From Chrysomallon squamiferum (Eukaryota > Animalia > Mollusca): a DNA stretch of 64,000 bases. The DNA lies in NCBI GenBank assembly GCA_012295275.1, contig CM022671.1, positions 26,164,001 to 26,228,000 on the forward strand, given 5' to 3'. The notes beneath the pieces are model-generated. The model made no database searches. It saw only the letters and a list, made by a program, of their open reading frames with translations, and was not told the DNA's origin. This document shows, one piece after another, positions 38,362-50,963 of this stretch; the first letter of the stretch is position 1, and every line of letters starts with the position of its first letter. The translations under genes and the position numbers were made by a program.

Positions 38362-39353
38362 GCTACTGCTACCACTACTACTACTACTGTTACTGTTACT
38401 GTTTCTTATACTACTACTACTATTACTACTACCACGACTATAACTTTACTTCAGTATTCTAAAGGAACTACAGACCCGCTCTTATCAATATTTATGAACA
38501 GTATATATATTATAACCAGAAGAATCCATTCAGTTTATATAATATATATATTTTTTAAATTATTATAGTGTCAGGGAGCAATTACGATAGTGACTATAAC
38601 AGTTCGTCATCTTGTGTAAGTGGAAATGAAAGTGGCAGTTCGTCACATTCATTATCATCGTCTTCGCCAGACGAGAATATTTCGAGCGAACTGTCCGAAA
38701 AGAACATTCGGGAACATTTCAAGAAGACAGAAAGGGATTCGGACAGCGGCTTCAGCAACATGGATTCGGCATTTTCGTCTATGAGTCTACCTCTGAGGAA
38801 AACTGCCAGTGACCAGACTGGGTGGAGCAAAACACAGGAGTGTTACGAGGCGCGCGTGACCTCTAGCAGCACTTCTGGACATGGTTCGTTCTACAAGTTC
38901 AAACACAACATCAGTAAGCGCTTCTGTCAAGAGGAACTCAAAGTGCAGTCCAGCGACACGTCGTCGAGCAGCTCTCAGGAAGAGCAGATGATGGCATCAC
39001 AACGACGGAACACGTTAGAAGCCATGATATGTAACTACAACAGTACAGAGAGCATGTCGTACCCGAGTTCCAGTGATGGCAGTCAAAGCCCACAGAACTG
39101 CAGTGGCAAGTCTTCGGGGGCGCTGCAGTCAGCCAGAACGTATGCAAACAGGGGCTTGTTTCTTCCTGGCTTTGTTCTGCATCCGTCCGGTAGTTACTAC
39201 TTCCCCATCTCCATACATCCGGCAAATATACCCGCATCGCTCTTACTCGGCTCTGATAATATCTCTGACGTGTTCCATCCTGTGAACATACCTGTCCAGT
39301 TTTGTGCACCGAGCGTTACAACGAAAGGTACACAGATTCAGAATTCAGCCTAA
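35885..39353 (+). CDS. cwo: cwo-like Orange-less bHLH, copy A3; exons 35885-35946, 36696-36756, 37214-37315, 37653-37737, 38569-39353
   Basis: Same exon sizes and splice sites as A1; open frame. Confidence 0.85.
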
Positions 39354-39424
39354 TATTAAAAAAAAAAAAGAGAGAATAAGAAGAATGAAAGAAAATAGTT
39401 TTCATTACAGCTATTATTGTTACA

Positions 39425-39478
<54 letters not shown>

Positions 39479-42400
39479 ATACCATATTTATATAATTTAT
39501 CCAGTAAGTTCAAATGTTGTTTAGAGTGTAAAGTTATAAACAAAAATATTAAAATAGATGTAAATATAATTGTGAATATGTTAAAATGGTGGTAAATATA
39601 AATGAGTCACATTTAGAAATTGTTTGACATAATTAATAGACGAGCTTGAACATTTTAAGTTTGGAAAAAATAAATCATATCTCTATATGAACAGAGTGGA
39701 TTTTATAGGCTGGTAATTGATAATTCTAAATGAACATTTCGTTTAGTCCTGTTGTTTAGTTAGTTATTAAATTAGTCATTAGCGGTTGCTGAGCATGTTT
39801 TAATATGCGATTTGTAATGTTGTTATTCATTGTTTAATAGTGCTATTTGATTGTTACTTGAATAAAGATTTTGTTTTTAAAGTTTTAACATCACGTTATT
39901 TATTTACTTATTTATCATAAGACTAATTTTTTTGGTCGTAGTTTATTTTGTTACAGCAGTGATATTTACTGACACACAGATATGATATATTAACGTGTGG
40001 GGTGTACGTAACCGAACAGAAAGTACAAAACCCTGATAGTTAATTATGCTATCAGTAATGCACTCTTTACTTTGATTCATTTCTGTGTCAAACTAACGAA
40101 ATAATAAATGCTATGTTCTCGGATTTACAGCTTTTGGTTTGGGAAGTAGCTGCATGTATGTGCACGTATGGAATAAAATGTGTATTCGGAAATAGTTCTC
40201 ATCTGTGAAAAGATTTATAAAATAATATACAGACAGCTCATTCGAGAAACCATTCTATGTTTCTTCTAGTTAATTCAGGTAATACTAATAATTAAAAGCA
40301 GATAATGCTTTTAAGGTAGTCATCAAGACCGTGTTCGTAAAATCAAATATGACGATTTTCTGGTAATTTTGCTACGATATTTTCTAAAGACAGCCGTTTC
40401 TAAGTTAGCGGAATCCTAACTAATCAACAGCAGCCCTTTAACTTCAGTTTTAGTCTCAGAATATCTCGAACTTTGATGTTTAGATAATCACACAGAGATC
40501 TTGATGAAAATACATCTTAGACTAAACTGGTGACTACCTGGACATTAACAGTAACGAGGCAAAGTTAACTGTCACAGACACGTTATTGTCATATAGTTGA
40601 CACATGTAACAAAATGTACATATAAGAAACTCTCAGGAAAGCCGTCACTGACAAGTGGTAGTGGAAAGTTGGGAACGATGAGCCATTTTTAAGATATTTG
40701 GCCATTTCACACAAACCTTCTTAGCTGTTGATAGAAAAACTGTTGATGCTTATAGAAACTTTAGATAACAATATAGAGTTTAATATGCTTTCTTCAATAA
40801 CATCATTATGGGAGAAACTTATGTAACAGGGTCGTGATGACTCACCGCGCCCCAGGGAGAGGGACCAATGAGCCACCCACTGTATGGGCCATGACTAAAA
40901 AGAACACACGTTAATTGTTTAAAATTATTTCTATCATGAATTTCATCTGAAATGCACATGCTGTAATAAACTAACGGGTGAATTACATGTTCTGCACACT
41001 GACCTAAGGCTAGGGTTTATTGTGGTATTGACTCAGTCTCCATGGTTACAGTGTAGTTTCACGGTCCTAAATTAATGCTGAATCTTATTGAAGATAGAGC
41101 ACATCAAATCTGCAACTAAACTGTATAATTCCATTCTGCCTTTTGGTAGATTTCACAGCAGGTTAGGGAAGGACACCCAAAATCAAATCTGCCTCAACTG
41201 AGCTTATTTCGTCCTGGATAGGCTCAACAAATTCACAAATCACAGTATGGCTCGGTGATTTTCTGAGAAATCGTCATGTTTTGTGGCTACACCGATGTAG
41301 CTAACAGTGATGTTCATTAGCTGTGCTGAGAAGAGACCTCTGTCTGTTTTTCATTCTTTCTTTCTAGGCATTATTTTTATACCAGATACAGAATTCTGAA
41401 GAAAAATAAAACCAGTAAGTAATTATCTATAAATTAACATTGATTTTAACGCTATCTATTCCTTTGAAACGCTGTTAGATCTAACGTTTCACCTGCCCAT
41501 GGGACTCCAAAGTGGCTAATCGGACCCCGCAGAATATGTCTCATTGGTACCCAGTATCACATTCATTATGTTAATCATTAGTACCAGAGAACCACGTGGC
41601 TGATAGACTAAAACTGTACTAGAAGTTAAAAGAAGAAAAAATATATTAAAAAAGAATTACAAAACAAATAAATAAAAAATAAATAAAGGAAAAACAGACA
41701 CAAACCGTTACAGGATTTGTGAAATATGTATTATCACCTCAATATTAAGTTGTAACAAATAAAACACCAAAAAAAAAAAAAAAAAAAAATTACTCAAGGT
41801 AGTTCAAAAACATACTTTTTAACTGGTGTGTTAATGGCCTGCTCCAAAGCTCTCTAAACGATAAAATGTATAGCAGCTGCAATGATGGGAGATAGTTCTC
41901 ACTATCATTATGCAGTCAGGAGTTTTTGGGTTGGCTCAAAGTTTCCTATCGCTCATCGGTCCCCAATTTCCCCTAATCGTAAGTGGCGGACAGGATCTAA
42001 AAGGTCACCCAGGAAGCACTTGTAATATTTTCTAAAAGGGCTCATTAAATCCTAAAATGTATTCAAAGGAATCAAATCGTGAAGGTTTTAAGCCTTATTT
42101 AAATCTTCTCAAAATCTACGCATTGTTATTTTATTTTATTAGGTTTATTATTTCTTTTCATCGTTATCCACTGTTAAGGATCATAAACCTCTGACCCCAA
42201 ACCCGCAACAACGAAGAATCAAACAACTGCCTCATCCGCCCTTTGTTTATCTAATCGCTTTTTAGTAGGCAGAATATTTATTATAAATTTATTGAGAGAA
42301 AAACAAAAATTCGAAAGAATACACTTTCATTAATATTATTATTAGGTTCATGAACAGCTGGTTGGAGTGCCAACAACAAAGGTTTCAGTAATAACAACGA

Positions 42401-43496
42401 CAAAAACAACAAGACTACTACTACTAATTATTATTATAATAACAAGATGGGCTCTTCCAATGGAGAGGTTGAATTTCATGTTCTACCTAGGAGTGGAAAT
42501 ATTTTTTTATTTTTGAATTAACCTCTTTTTTTTGAAGGGGTCAGTGTGACTGACAGGTTTCATCATAACAAAACTAGATTCTGTTTATGGGGTGGTGGTC
42601 ATTAGCTTTATGAGATGTATATAGTTTTAGAGTGAAGTGAAGTGAAAAAAAATTAACGTGCTAATCAGAGAAAGCTGTTTTGAAGCACGTTGTTTTAGAG
42701 TGAAGTGAAGTGAAAAAAAATTAACGTGCTAATCAGAGCAAGCTGTTGTGATAGCAACTGACTTATATACTTCTGCCTTTCAGCTGAATGACCAATCATG
42801 ATGGAGCAAATGTCAACCGATTTATGTAAGTTCATAATCTCTCCAGGAACAAGACCACCTCAGCGCCCCTGCATGCATGGATTGGCATGGTAGTATCTCG
42901 GTAGTCCACGGTCTAACTTTTGAAGCAGATGGGGTCCCAAAGGTGCATCCTGTATGACCAACCCTGCTGCGGCTAACTAGCAAGTCCAAACAGAGGATGT
43001 AAGTCCCGAAAAACAATCTGGGTAGGAGAAGGCAACTAAGACTAAACCTCAGACTAACTTCATTAAGCAGACTGGGTCTGATGTAAATGACAAGCAACCA
43101 CTGTAGGTATAGGTGTACTCGGACCAATGAAACAATCCGGTTAGCCACATTTGATGATTCCTAAACTAAGGGAATGCGAAAGGATCTGGCAGGAGAAGAA
43201 CAGTTCACTTTATATGAAAAATGCTTCTGGAATATAATTATTACTATTATTACTACAGTAAATAATGTGCGTATGACAACAACAACAGTAACAACTATTA
43301 TTATTACTGCTTTTACTAATGTAACTAGTTATGTTATAACTACTATTTCCTTTGGTTCTGCCACCATTGTAACTGCTACTTCTACCATTACTGCTACTAC
43401 TCCTACTTCATTTTCTAATAACAGTAATTATGGTTGTTACTATCATACAGAAATAGTATTTTTCTCTGGAAAGTGATATATATATATAACAAAACG

Positions 43497-43532
<36 letters not shown>

Positions 43533-44003
43533 AAAAATAAAAAATAAAAAAATATAGAAAAGATAAGAAGGAACACAAATTTGAATATAACAAATTTTAT
43601 TAAACATAAACTCAACATTTTACAAAATAGCACTGTAGATAGCAGCTTCAACCGAAACACTGGATAAAGTTAACATCAGTAGCTATTCAAAATCACCGTT
43701 TACACTGAGTAATAACAATCTTACAATGTATAAAATTCATTAAATAACTCATGTCACGCTATGGATTCATGAATCAATTAAAACCACGAAATACTTCAAG
43801 CTATGGATTCATGCTTAAGGAAAATTTAATTGATTTTACATAACACTTATGTATATCAGTCAGATTATATTGATCCTCTCTAATAACAATATAACAAGAT
43901 ATAAAATTCATCACACAACTCAACACGCAAAGATAACTCAAGTCACGGAAAGAATTCACGAAGTAATAGAAATTACGCTATAGGAATACTATTAGATTTA
44001 AAC

Positions 44004-44817
44004 TTAATTATTAACATTTAATGCTTCGATGGGAATGCAAGGACCGGAGAAACGAACGGGTATGCTAACTGGATGGAAGGCAATATTTGAACTGTCACTG
44101 CTGGAAAATAATGACTTTGGAACATTGGCAGGGTGTATGGAGACGGGGAAATAATGGCTGCCAGATGGATGAAGAACAAATCCTGGAAGATACAAGCTGA
44201 TGTTGGAGCTGAAATCTGTGGAAGCCAGTTCTCCCGAAGATTTGTTACTGCAGTCTACCGAGCTCTGATTGAAGCTGTCGTCGCTGGAACTTGGGTAGGG
44301 CGTGGATTCGTTATTGTAGTTGGATGTCATTTTCTTCAAGATTCTCTCTCTTGCCGTCTCTTGGTTGTGTTCCTCCCGGGAACTGCTCGACGAAGTGTCG
44401 CTCTGCTGAACTTTCTGCTCCTGACGTGAAAAGCGTTGAGTGATGATCCGTTTCAGCTTGTATGTGCCTTGCCCGGAGCAGCTTGAAGTCGGGGATCCAG
44501 TGCTATAATGCGTCATTTCTGTACCGCGTTTTCTCATTGGAAGGCTCTTGGAAGAAAAGGCTGAATCCGTGTTGGTAAAGCCGCTGTCAGACGTGACGTC
44601 TTCGTTCTGTGCGGTCTTGTTGTTCATCTTGCCGTCAGTGGACGAGGAGCTTGACGAGCTCCAAGATTCCCGGCTTCTCTCCCTTGGTGGGTACGCGCTA
44701 GGATAATTACTGTCGCCTTTGTTGTTGCTCACTATCAAAGTGAAAACAGAACAAAATGAATGAAATGAAATGAAATTTGAAGATAGAAAATTAAAATAAC
44801 AATACCCTACACTAAAC

Positions 44818-44852
<35 letters not shown>

Positions 44853-46086
44853 GAAGAAGAAGAAGAAGAAGAAGAAAAAGAAGAAGAAGAAGAAAAAGAA
44901 GAACAACAACAACAATAACAACTGCATGTTATACGTACTTGTAGGAAGAAACTTCTTTGCGGCATTGCCAAGGTACTGCATCATAGAGATACAGACTTGA
45001 TCCGACATATTGTTATCTTCAGTCTCCACCAGAAAGCGCATCACTTCATCCTGGCATTCTTTGAAACCCATGTAGAACTTGGAAGTGCAACACGGCTTGG
45101 CATTCTCACCCAGTGGAGTCAGACACATTGGATCCTGGCCTTTACCAGATTCTGTTAGAAAAAACAAAATTAAAATAAAAATGATGAAGAAATAAAAAAT
45201 CAAAACTTTAAATAGAATTCAGGAATTAAATTAGTACATTTTAAAGCAATCGTTTCTATGAAAATTCGCTAACAATTTATGTCTAGTGTTTTCAATATAA
45301 AAGATAGGTACAATGATTAGTTTAGCTTTTTTTGTGTTGTTATTTTCGTCTGTAACATAAAATGTTCCATTTAAAAAGCAAAGCATACACTATCAAGTAC
45401 AAACAAAATAAACTGTTTTGAGAAAGAAATTTCAGAATCGCAACGAATATTCATTTTCCTCCCTCCATTTCACTAACGTAAATTATATACTTACAAAAAA
45501 TATCAATTACACCATTAAATTACTTAAATAACACACAAAAATAGCTCAAGAAAGAAAGCTTCGTTCATTTCAGAGAGCACTCACTTTTTTCGTCAGCATC
45601 TTTGTGAAGATCTTTGATTAACTTTATCGCCAGTTCAATTATTTCTGTTTTTTCAATCCGTCCCTGACCCTAAAATTATAAAAATAGTAATATTAATTTT
45701 AGAAATGTGTCAAAATGTTCAGTGTTCTATTCGTTCTGAACATAAAAAGAAAGAAACAAATACATATATTTATAAACATATGATTTAATTTTGTAATTTG
45801 CATCTATGCTATAATCTTTATAGGAGTCTGAATAAGTAGATCAGATGTAATAAGGAATTACGTAAGAACTTTTTATGTTAATTACACATGTAGACGTATA
45901 CACACACATACATATATACATATATATATAAATATATTTCAATCTTTTATAACAGTAATGCTTTTATACTATTCTTTAATGTTTTGAATTATGATCGAAT
46001 ATTTTACAGTTTTATGTAACATTAACTCATTATTATTTTTGAAGAAGAGGTATTTTGATATTTGATTCTGAATAAAAATGAAACTC

Positions 46087-46176
<90 letters not shown>

Positions 46177-46758
46177 GTTTATAAAATGTTACCTTTTTCA
46201 AATAATGACTTGGCATCAGTTTGCCGAGATCAGTCAAACACGTGTTCATTCGATCTCTTCGTCGTTTCTCATTGATGCGATGAATTGTAAGGTCCTAAAA
46301 TTTTTCAAGAACAAAAATAAATTAAATAATCATAAAAGGATTTTCTTTTTCCACGTGACAAGACTATTATTTTTGATCAGGAACTGTGTATCAGAACAAG
46401 TTCATAGGGTCGACATTTAGGGCGTCTTACTAATACGTGTTTCAGATGAAATTTAGACTTAATTGTTTATTTATATGTATACACCACCACACGAACACCC
46501 ATGAGGCATGTGGAATTTGGGTATCAATTTGGTGAACAAATCCAATGTGGATTTTTAGTTAGTCCGATGTCTGAAGTGTTCAAATTTAGTCGATGAAGAA
46601 TTGTGTCCTTCTGGTTACCGTCTTTAAAGATGGCTATCTGATCGTGTCCGATATAAAATATATCGGTAACATGACTATGACTTTTGACCAAAGTATATAG
46701 CTATTGATAAATATAGCTTTGAAAAATGGCGATAATTTCAATGATACGCTCTAATTCC

Positions 46759-46789
<31 letters not shown>

Positions 46790-47210
46790 ACTATGAAAAT
46801 AGCCAAACGATACTTTAATTTAAAATTTGAAATGATTCGACTTGATTTTTCTAAATTCATTATGGAATAAATATCAGTGACTTTATACAAGCGCGTATAA
46901 AATTTTATTCAGAACATAATACTCGAAAAATTTGACCGTTAGTTACAGCCATTATATCGGATCATAATCTATTAAATCAGACAAAAATTAGGCTCAAAGC
47001 TACAATCTGAAATTCCCATCAACTGATTTCGGACATCGGACTAACCAAAAATGCACATTAGATCTTTCATCAGTTTGGTACTCAGCTCCAAATTATGGGG
47101 ACAAAGGAAGGAATAAAAATAATTTGTGACACTCACCCTCATCCGTTTTCCTTTCTCACCACACGACCCGTCAGATTCTCCTGTCGAAGTCATGAAACAC
47201 ATGTTCCTGA

Positions 47211-47257
<47 letters not shown>

Positions 47258-48618
47258 TAATAATTTTCTGTGTTTTCGGTCATCGAAAAAAAAAAAATTC
47301 CCTTCAGTTTATTCTTTAACGTGTATGAACGATGTTATACGATGTTACTAAGAACAGTCCCGAAAACGACGGCACACAATGTGGAACAATGGCTGGAACG
47401 AGAAATATGCTAAGGAAATCGAAAACGAGTCGAATATTTTACCATTGAGCAATAAAATAAAAAAACTGCCTACATGTTTGTTCCCATCAGTTTGTGTTTG
47501 ATATTTTTATTACATTTACTAAACTATGCACATCCAGATTTAATGGAAACGGAATTTCTTAAACAGTCTTTTCATAAAAATTATATAAGGTGTTTGTTGT
47601 TGGGTATATTTACAAACGACTGTGTCAAAGAATAAACAGTATTTCCACCTGGAAGATAAAGAACCGGCAGATTGATTTATTTTAATATTACTAACATTAA
47701 CAAACAAAAATATGATGTTGTTTTATATGTTATTTTTAGAGATTTGAAAACAACAAAAATATTTGTTTTCTGAAAGCCTTGAAGCCCTTGCCAGCTGTCG
47801 CTTATGCCAATCCCAGATCTGCAAACTGTTAAATGATCGAAAAATGTTGTGAAATCAACAAATGTTGTGATCAAGATGATGTACACGTTCACGTTTGTAA
47901 CAACGCGATATTAGAAACAAAATGTGATGCCCTTCATTCAGTACATCTGTTGTTTATATCCTTTTCTTTCATTTTTTTCATAAAATATTGTTATAAAGTA
48001 ACCATCGAGTTTTGGCGATTTTAAACTCTGTCATGTGCAAGTATGCCGAACAAATTAAAAAATATGGTGATTTTATCGATTTGAGAAAAACAAATTATGT
48101 ATTCATTAATATAGTTATTTATTTATTTAATTTTTTCTCTAATTACGTCCATGGAATTTACCGTTATGACTGTTTTGGAATACTTTATTAGAGTACTTTA
48201 CAATTTTGTTATATTTCTTTTCTTTTTTTCTCTCTTTATCTTATTCATTTTCTTTCTTTCTTTTTTTTTTTTTTTTTTTTTCCTTATTCATTTTTTTCTT
48301 TCTTTCTTTTTTTTTTTTTTTTTTGGAAACAGCAAAAATTTAAAAATATCTTTCTTTTTTATTCATTTTTTTTTTACCTTATGAAATTTAAAATAGGATT
48401 TTTCTTTCTATTTTCGTTTTTCTTTTTTCTTTTTGAATGATTATGAAGATATATATTAATTTTATACGTTATAATTCTTTTAAGAAATAGGTTATTATTA
48501 TGTGAATTTCTTAAAGTAAATGAAATATAAAAATGATAAGAATATTTACTCACGAATCTAGTCTAGAAGCATTGTCGTCGTATCTGAAACGTTTGGCTGC
48601 AGGTTCGTCAGTTTCCAT
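44004..48618 (-). CDS. cwo: Complete cwo-like bHLH-Orange protein, type B (~420 aa); exons 48618-48554, 47206-47137, 46294-46193, 45669-45585, 45151-44939, 44731-44004
   Basis: b[37 protein letters not shown]|[21 protein letters not shown]. Orange exon [30 protein letters not shown]-terminal [25 protein letters not shown] and HPVSIPVRF. Total 65+70+102+85+213+728=1263 nt with consistent phases. Confidence 0.9.
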
Positions 48619-48783
48619 GAAGTTTTCCACGTAGAGCATTATTATTATTATTATCTGTACTTCAGTTTAAACTTTTCACTTGTATGAATAGGACACAACT
48701 ACACTAATCGAACTAGAAGTCGGAAATGATATTCTTCTGTAAAACTCCACATGTTTAAACACTGGCATCAGGCTTTTGTAACA

Positions 48784-48829
48784 AAATATTAATGAGCTGG
48801 TTGCCTGGTTACATTTGTTGCTAGGCGAC
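48784..48829 (-). promoter_or_regulatory. Type B proximal element: shared A/B motif plus two tandem X-box-like sites
   Basis: On the minus strand GTCGCCTAGCAAC (48829-48817) and GTAACCAGGCAAC (48812-48800), the latter running into CAGCTCATTAATATTT. Confidence 0.6.
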
Positions 48830-48912
48830 TAACAGAGAGTGAGAAAGAGAACAACAGGAAGGACCATGGGCGGAAGCGAATGGCCATTTCTTTATTATGA
48901 CAAGAAACATTA

Positions 48913-49452
48913 CAGTACCCTATAACGAATCTGATTGGTTCCAGAGCCTCGTTCTTTATAGGGTTCGTTCGTTATAGTGTCCTTTAAAATACGTGTTGTA
49001 TGGGGTAATCTCTTCCAGGCCCCAAATACACCTTCTTAAAAATGACAAATATAGAATAAAACAGTAAAACAAGTATATATATATATGTATGTATATTTAA
49101 ATTTCTGAAATAAAAATTATCATTAATACTTTATCTTACCTTACTGTTGTTGAGCTTGCAGGAGAGGAAGCAGAGTGGTGGGGAGGAGATAATTACTGAG
49201 AAGATGTGGAAGGAGAGGAATCATCCTTCCTAGTCCTCTTTGATTATTGTCATACAGTTCTTTTAAAGAAGGAATCCAGGCTTGACGGCTTCAACCTGGA
49301 TTTCTAGGCCTTCCAAAAGTTGGCCATCAATATTTTTCCGTTTTCGTAACGGTGACTCTCTCGTTCATTATGGGGTTCTGAGATTCATAGATAAAACCGT
49401 TCGTTATAGGAATATTCATATTATAATCCGTTCGTTATAGGGTATCCCACTG
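48913..49452. mobile_element. Non-autonomous pogo/Tigger-like element just upstream of the type B gene
   Basis: Left CAGTACCCTATAACGAA, right reverse complement CAGTGGGATACCCTATAACGAA, TA on both flanks, subterminal TTCGTTATAG repeats. Internal minus-strand SSLDSFFKR resembles the pogo C-terminal PIP box. Confidence 0.75.
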
Positions 49453-50963
49453 TAGTTATAAAATCATTAATATCCAGTAGTAACTGAAGATTCATGATAG
49501 TGCAAAAGGGCTCGCATTTTTTTTTGTAAGATCTTTTGCAAATGAATTCTTGATATTACCTAACATTTTATTTACTTTTCACAATTTTGTTAGTAATAAA
49601 CAAATGTATTTAACATGCAGTGGTACCTATCTTTAGCTGCCCCCGAGAAGAGCAGGTGTGGACGCGTTTCCGAGTCTCGATTGTTTTTCAATGTTTATGT
49701 CCCTTAGATGTGCGGACACCATAATTATATCAAGCTGAAAGGTTCCGTATTGTCATAATATTTTTGTTTTCAAATTCCATTGACGTACTTAGAGACAAAA
49801 TTAAATAAATAAATAACTATATTAATGAATACATAATTTGTTTTTCTCAACTCGATAAAATTAACCTATGATTTGTAATTAGAAACGTATCGGACTGGAA
49901 AACAACAAGATGTTCTGATTTAGAGAAACATGATGACGAAAACCGAACAGACATTTAAATTTTTCCTTAGGCTTTCTTCTCCATCTATAATTCATGTCAC
50001 CCTATGAAAGTTTGAGAGAGAGAGTATATATGTACGTACGTACGTACAAACTGTTACATTTCATTGCCCCATTTTCTTCCTTTTTTAAATTTAATCTACT
50101 TCTTCATCTCATCTTATCTGAAAACCATAACTCTAAATCGTGACTATTTTCAGTCAAAATGTATTGAGTATCACAAAACATCTGTTAATTCTGATTTAAC
50201 AGAGCTTTTCTGTTAGTAGAAATGGATAATCTTTTCTTATATATTTTGCTACAGATTAACTGGGGTCGGAAGGCTCATTTGATTATTTTATCTTAGTTGA
50301 GGTTTAAACTAAAGTATCGCCCTTGCGTTAGTAAAAAAGAAAAATCGCCAAGAAATCAGGATGGATTATTATTATTATTTTAAAAACTATTTTAATATAG
50401 TTTTATTATTATTATATTTTTAAATACACTTCTCAGACTCCTTTCATTTGTATAATCCGTTCGTTATCGGGTATCCCACTAATATCCAGTAGTAACTGAA
50501 GATTCATGATAGTGCAAAAGGGCTTGCATTTTGTTTGCAGTTTCTTTGAAAGTCATAAATGGTATGTAAGACCTTTTGCAAATTAATTCTTGATATTACC
50601 TAAGCTTTTATTTATTTTTCACAGTTTAGTTTGTAATAATCAAATATATTTAACATGCAGTGGATACCTATCTTTAGCTGCCCCCGAGAAGAGCAGGTGT
50701 GGACGAGATTCCGAGTCTCGATTGTTTTTCAATGTTTATGTCCCTTAGATGTGCGGACACCATAATTATATCAAGCTGAAAGGTTCCTTATTGTCATAAT
50801 ATTTTTGTTTTCAAATTCCATTGACGTAATTAGAAGAAATGGATAATCATTTCTTATACATTTTGCTACAGATTATCTGGGGTCGGAAGGCTCATTTGAT
50901 TATTTTATCTTAGTTAAGGTTTAAACTAAAGTATCGCCCTTGCGTTAGTAAAAAAGAAAAATC
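49421..50963. repeat. Local direct duplication upstream of type B (about 49421-50346 repeated, with an internal deletion, at about 50451-50963)
   Basis: Both copies contain the MITE right end, ctgcccccgagaagagcaggtgtggacg and ggggtcggaaggctcatttg..gtatcgcccttgcgttag. Confidence 0.85.

Noticed and set aside
42625-42740. Short direct duplication of gttttagagtgaagtgaagtg..gctaatcagag, starting like a Cas9 repeat (GTTTTAGAG)
   Set aside because: Only two copies, eukaryotic context, no spacers or cas genes; a local slippage duplication.
44004-45203. 399-aa ORF as a single-exon membrane protein
   Set aside because: It is exons 5 and 6 of cwo type B read through an in-frame microsatellite intron with canonical splice sites.
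20052-48618. Assignment to Hairy/HES or HEY instead of cwo
   Set aside because: No basic-region Pro or Gly signature and no terminal WRPW or YRPW. The [13 protein letters not shown] and [11 protein letters not shown] pattern and the C-terminal motifs are CWO-type.
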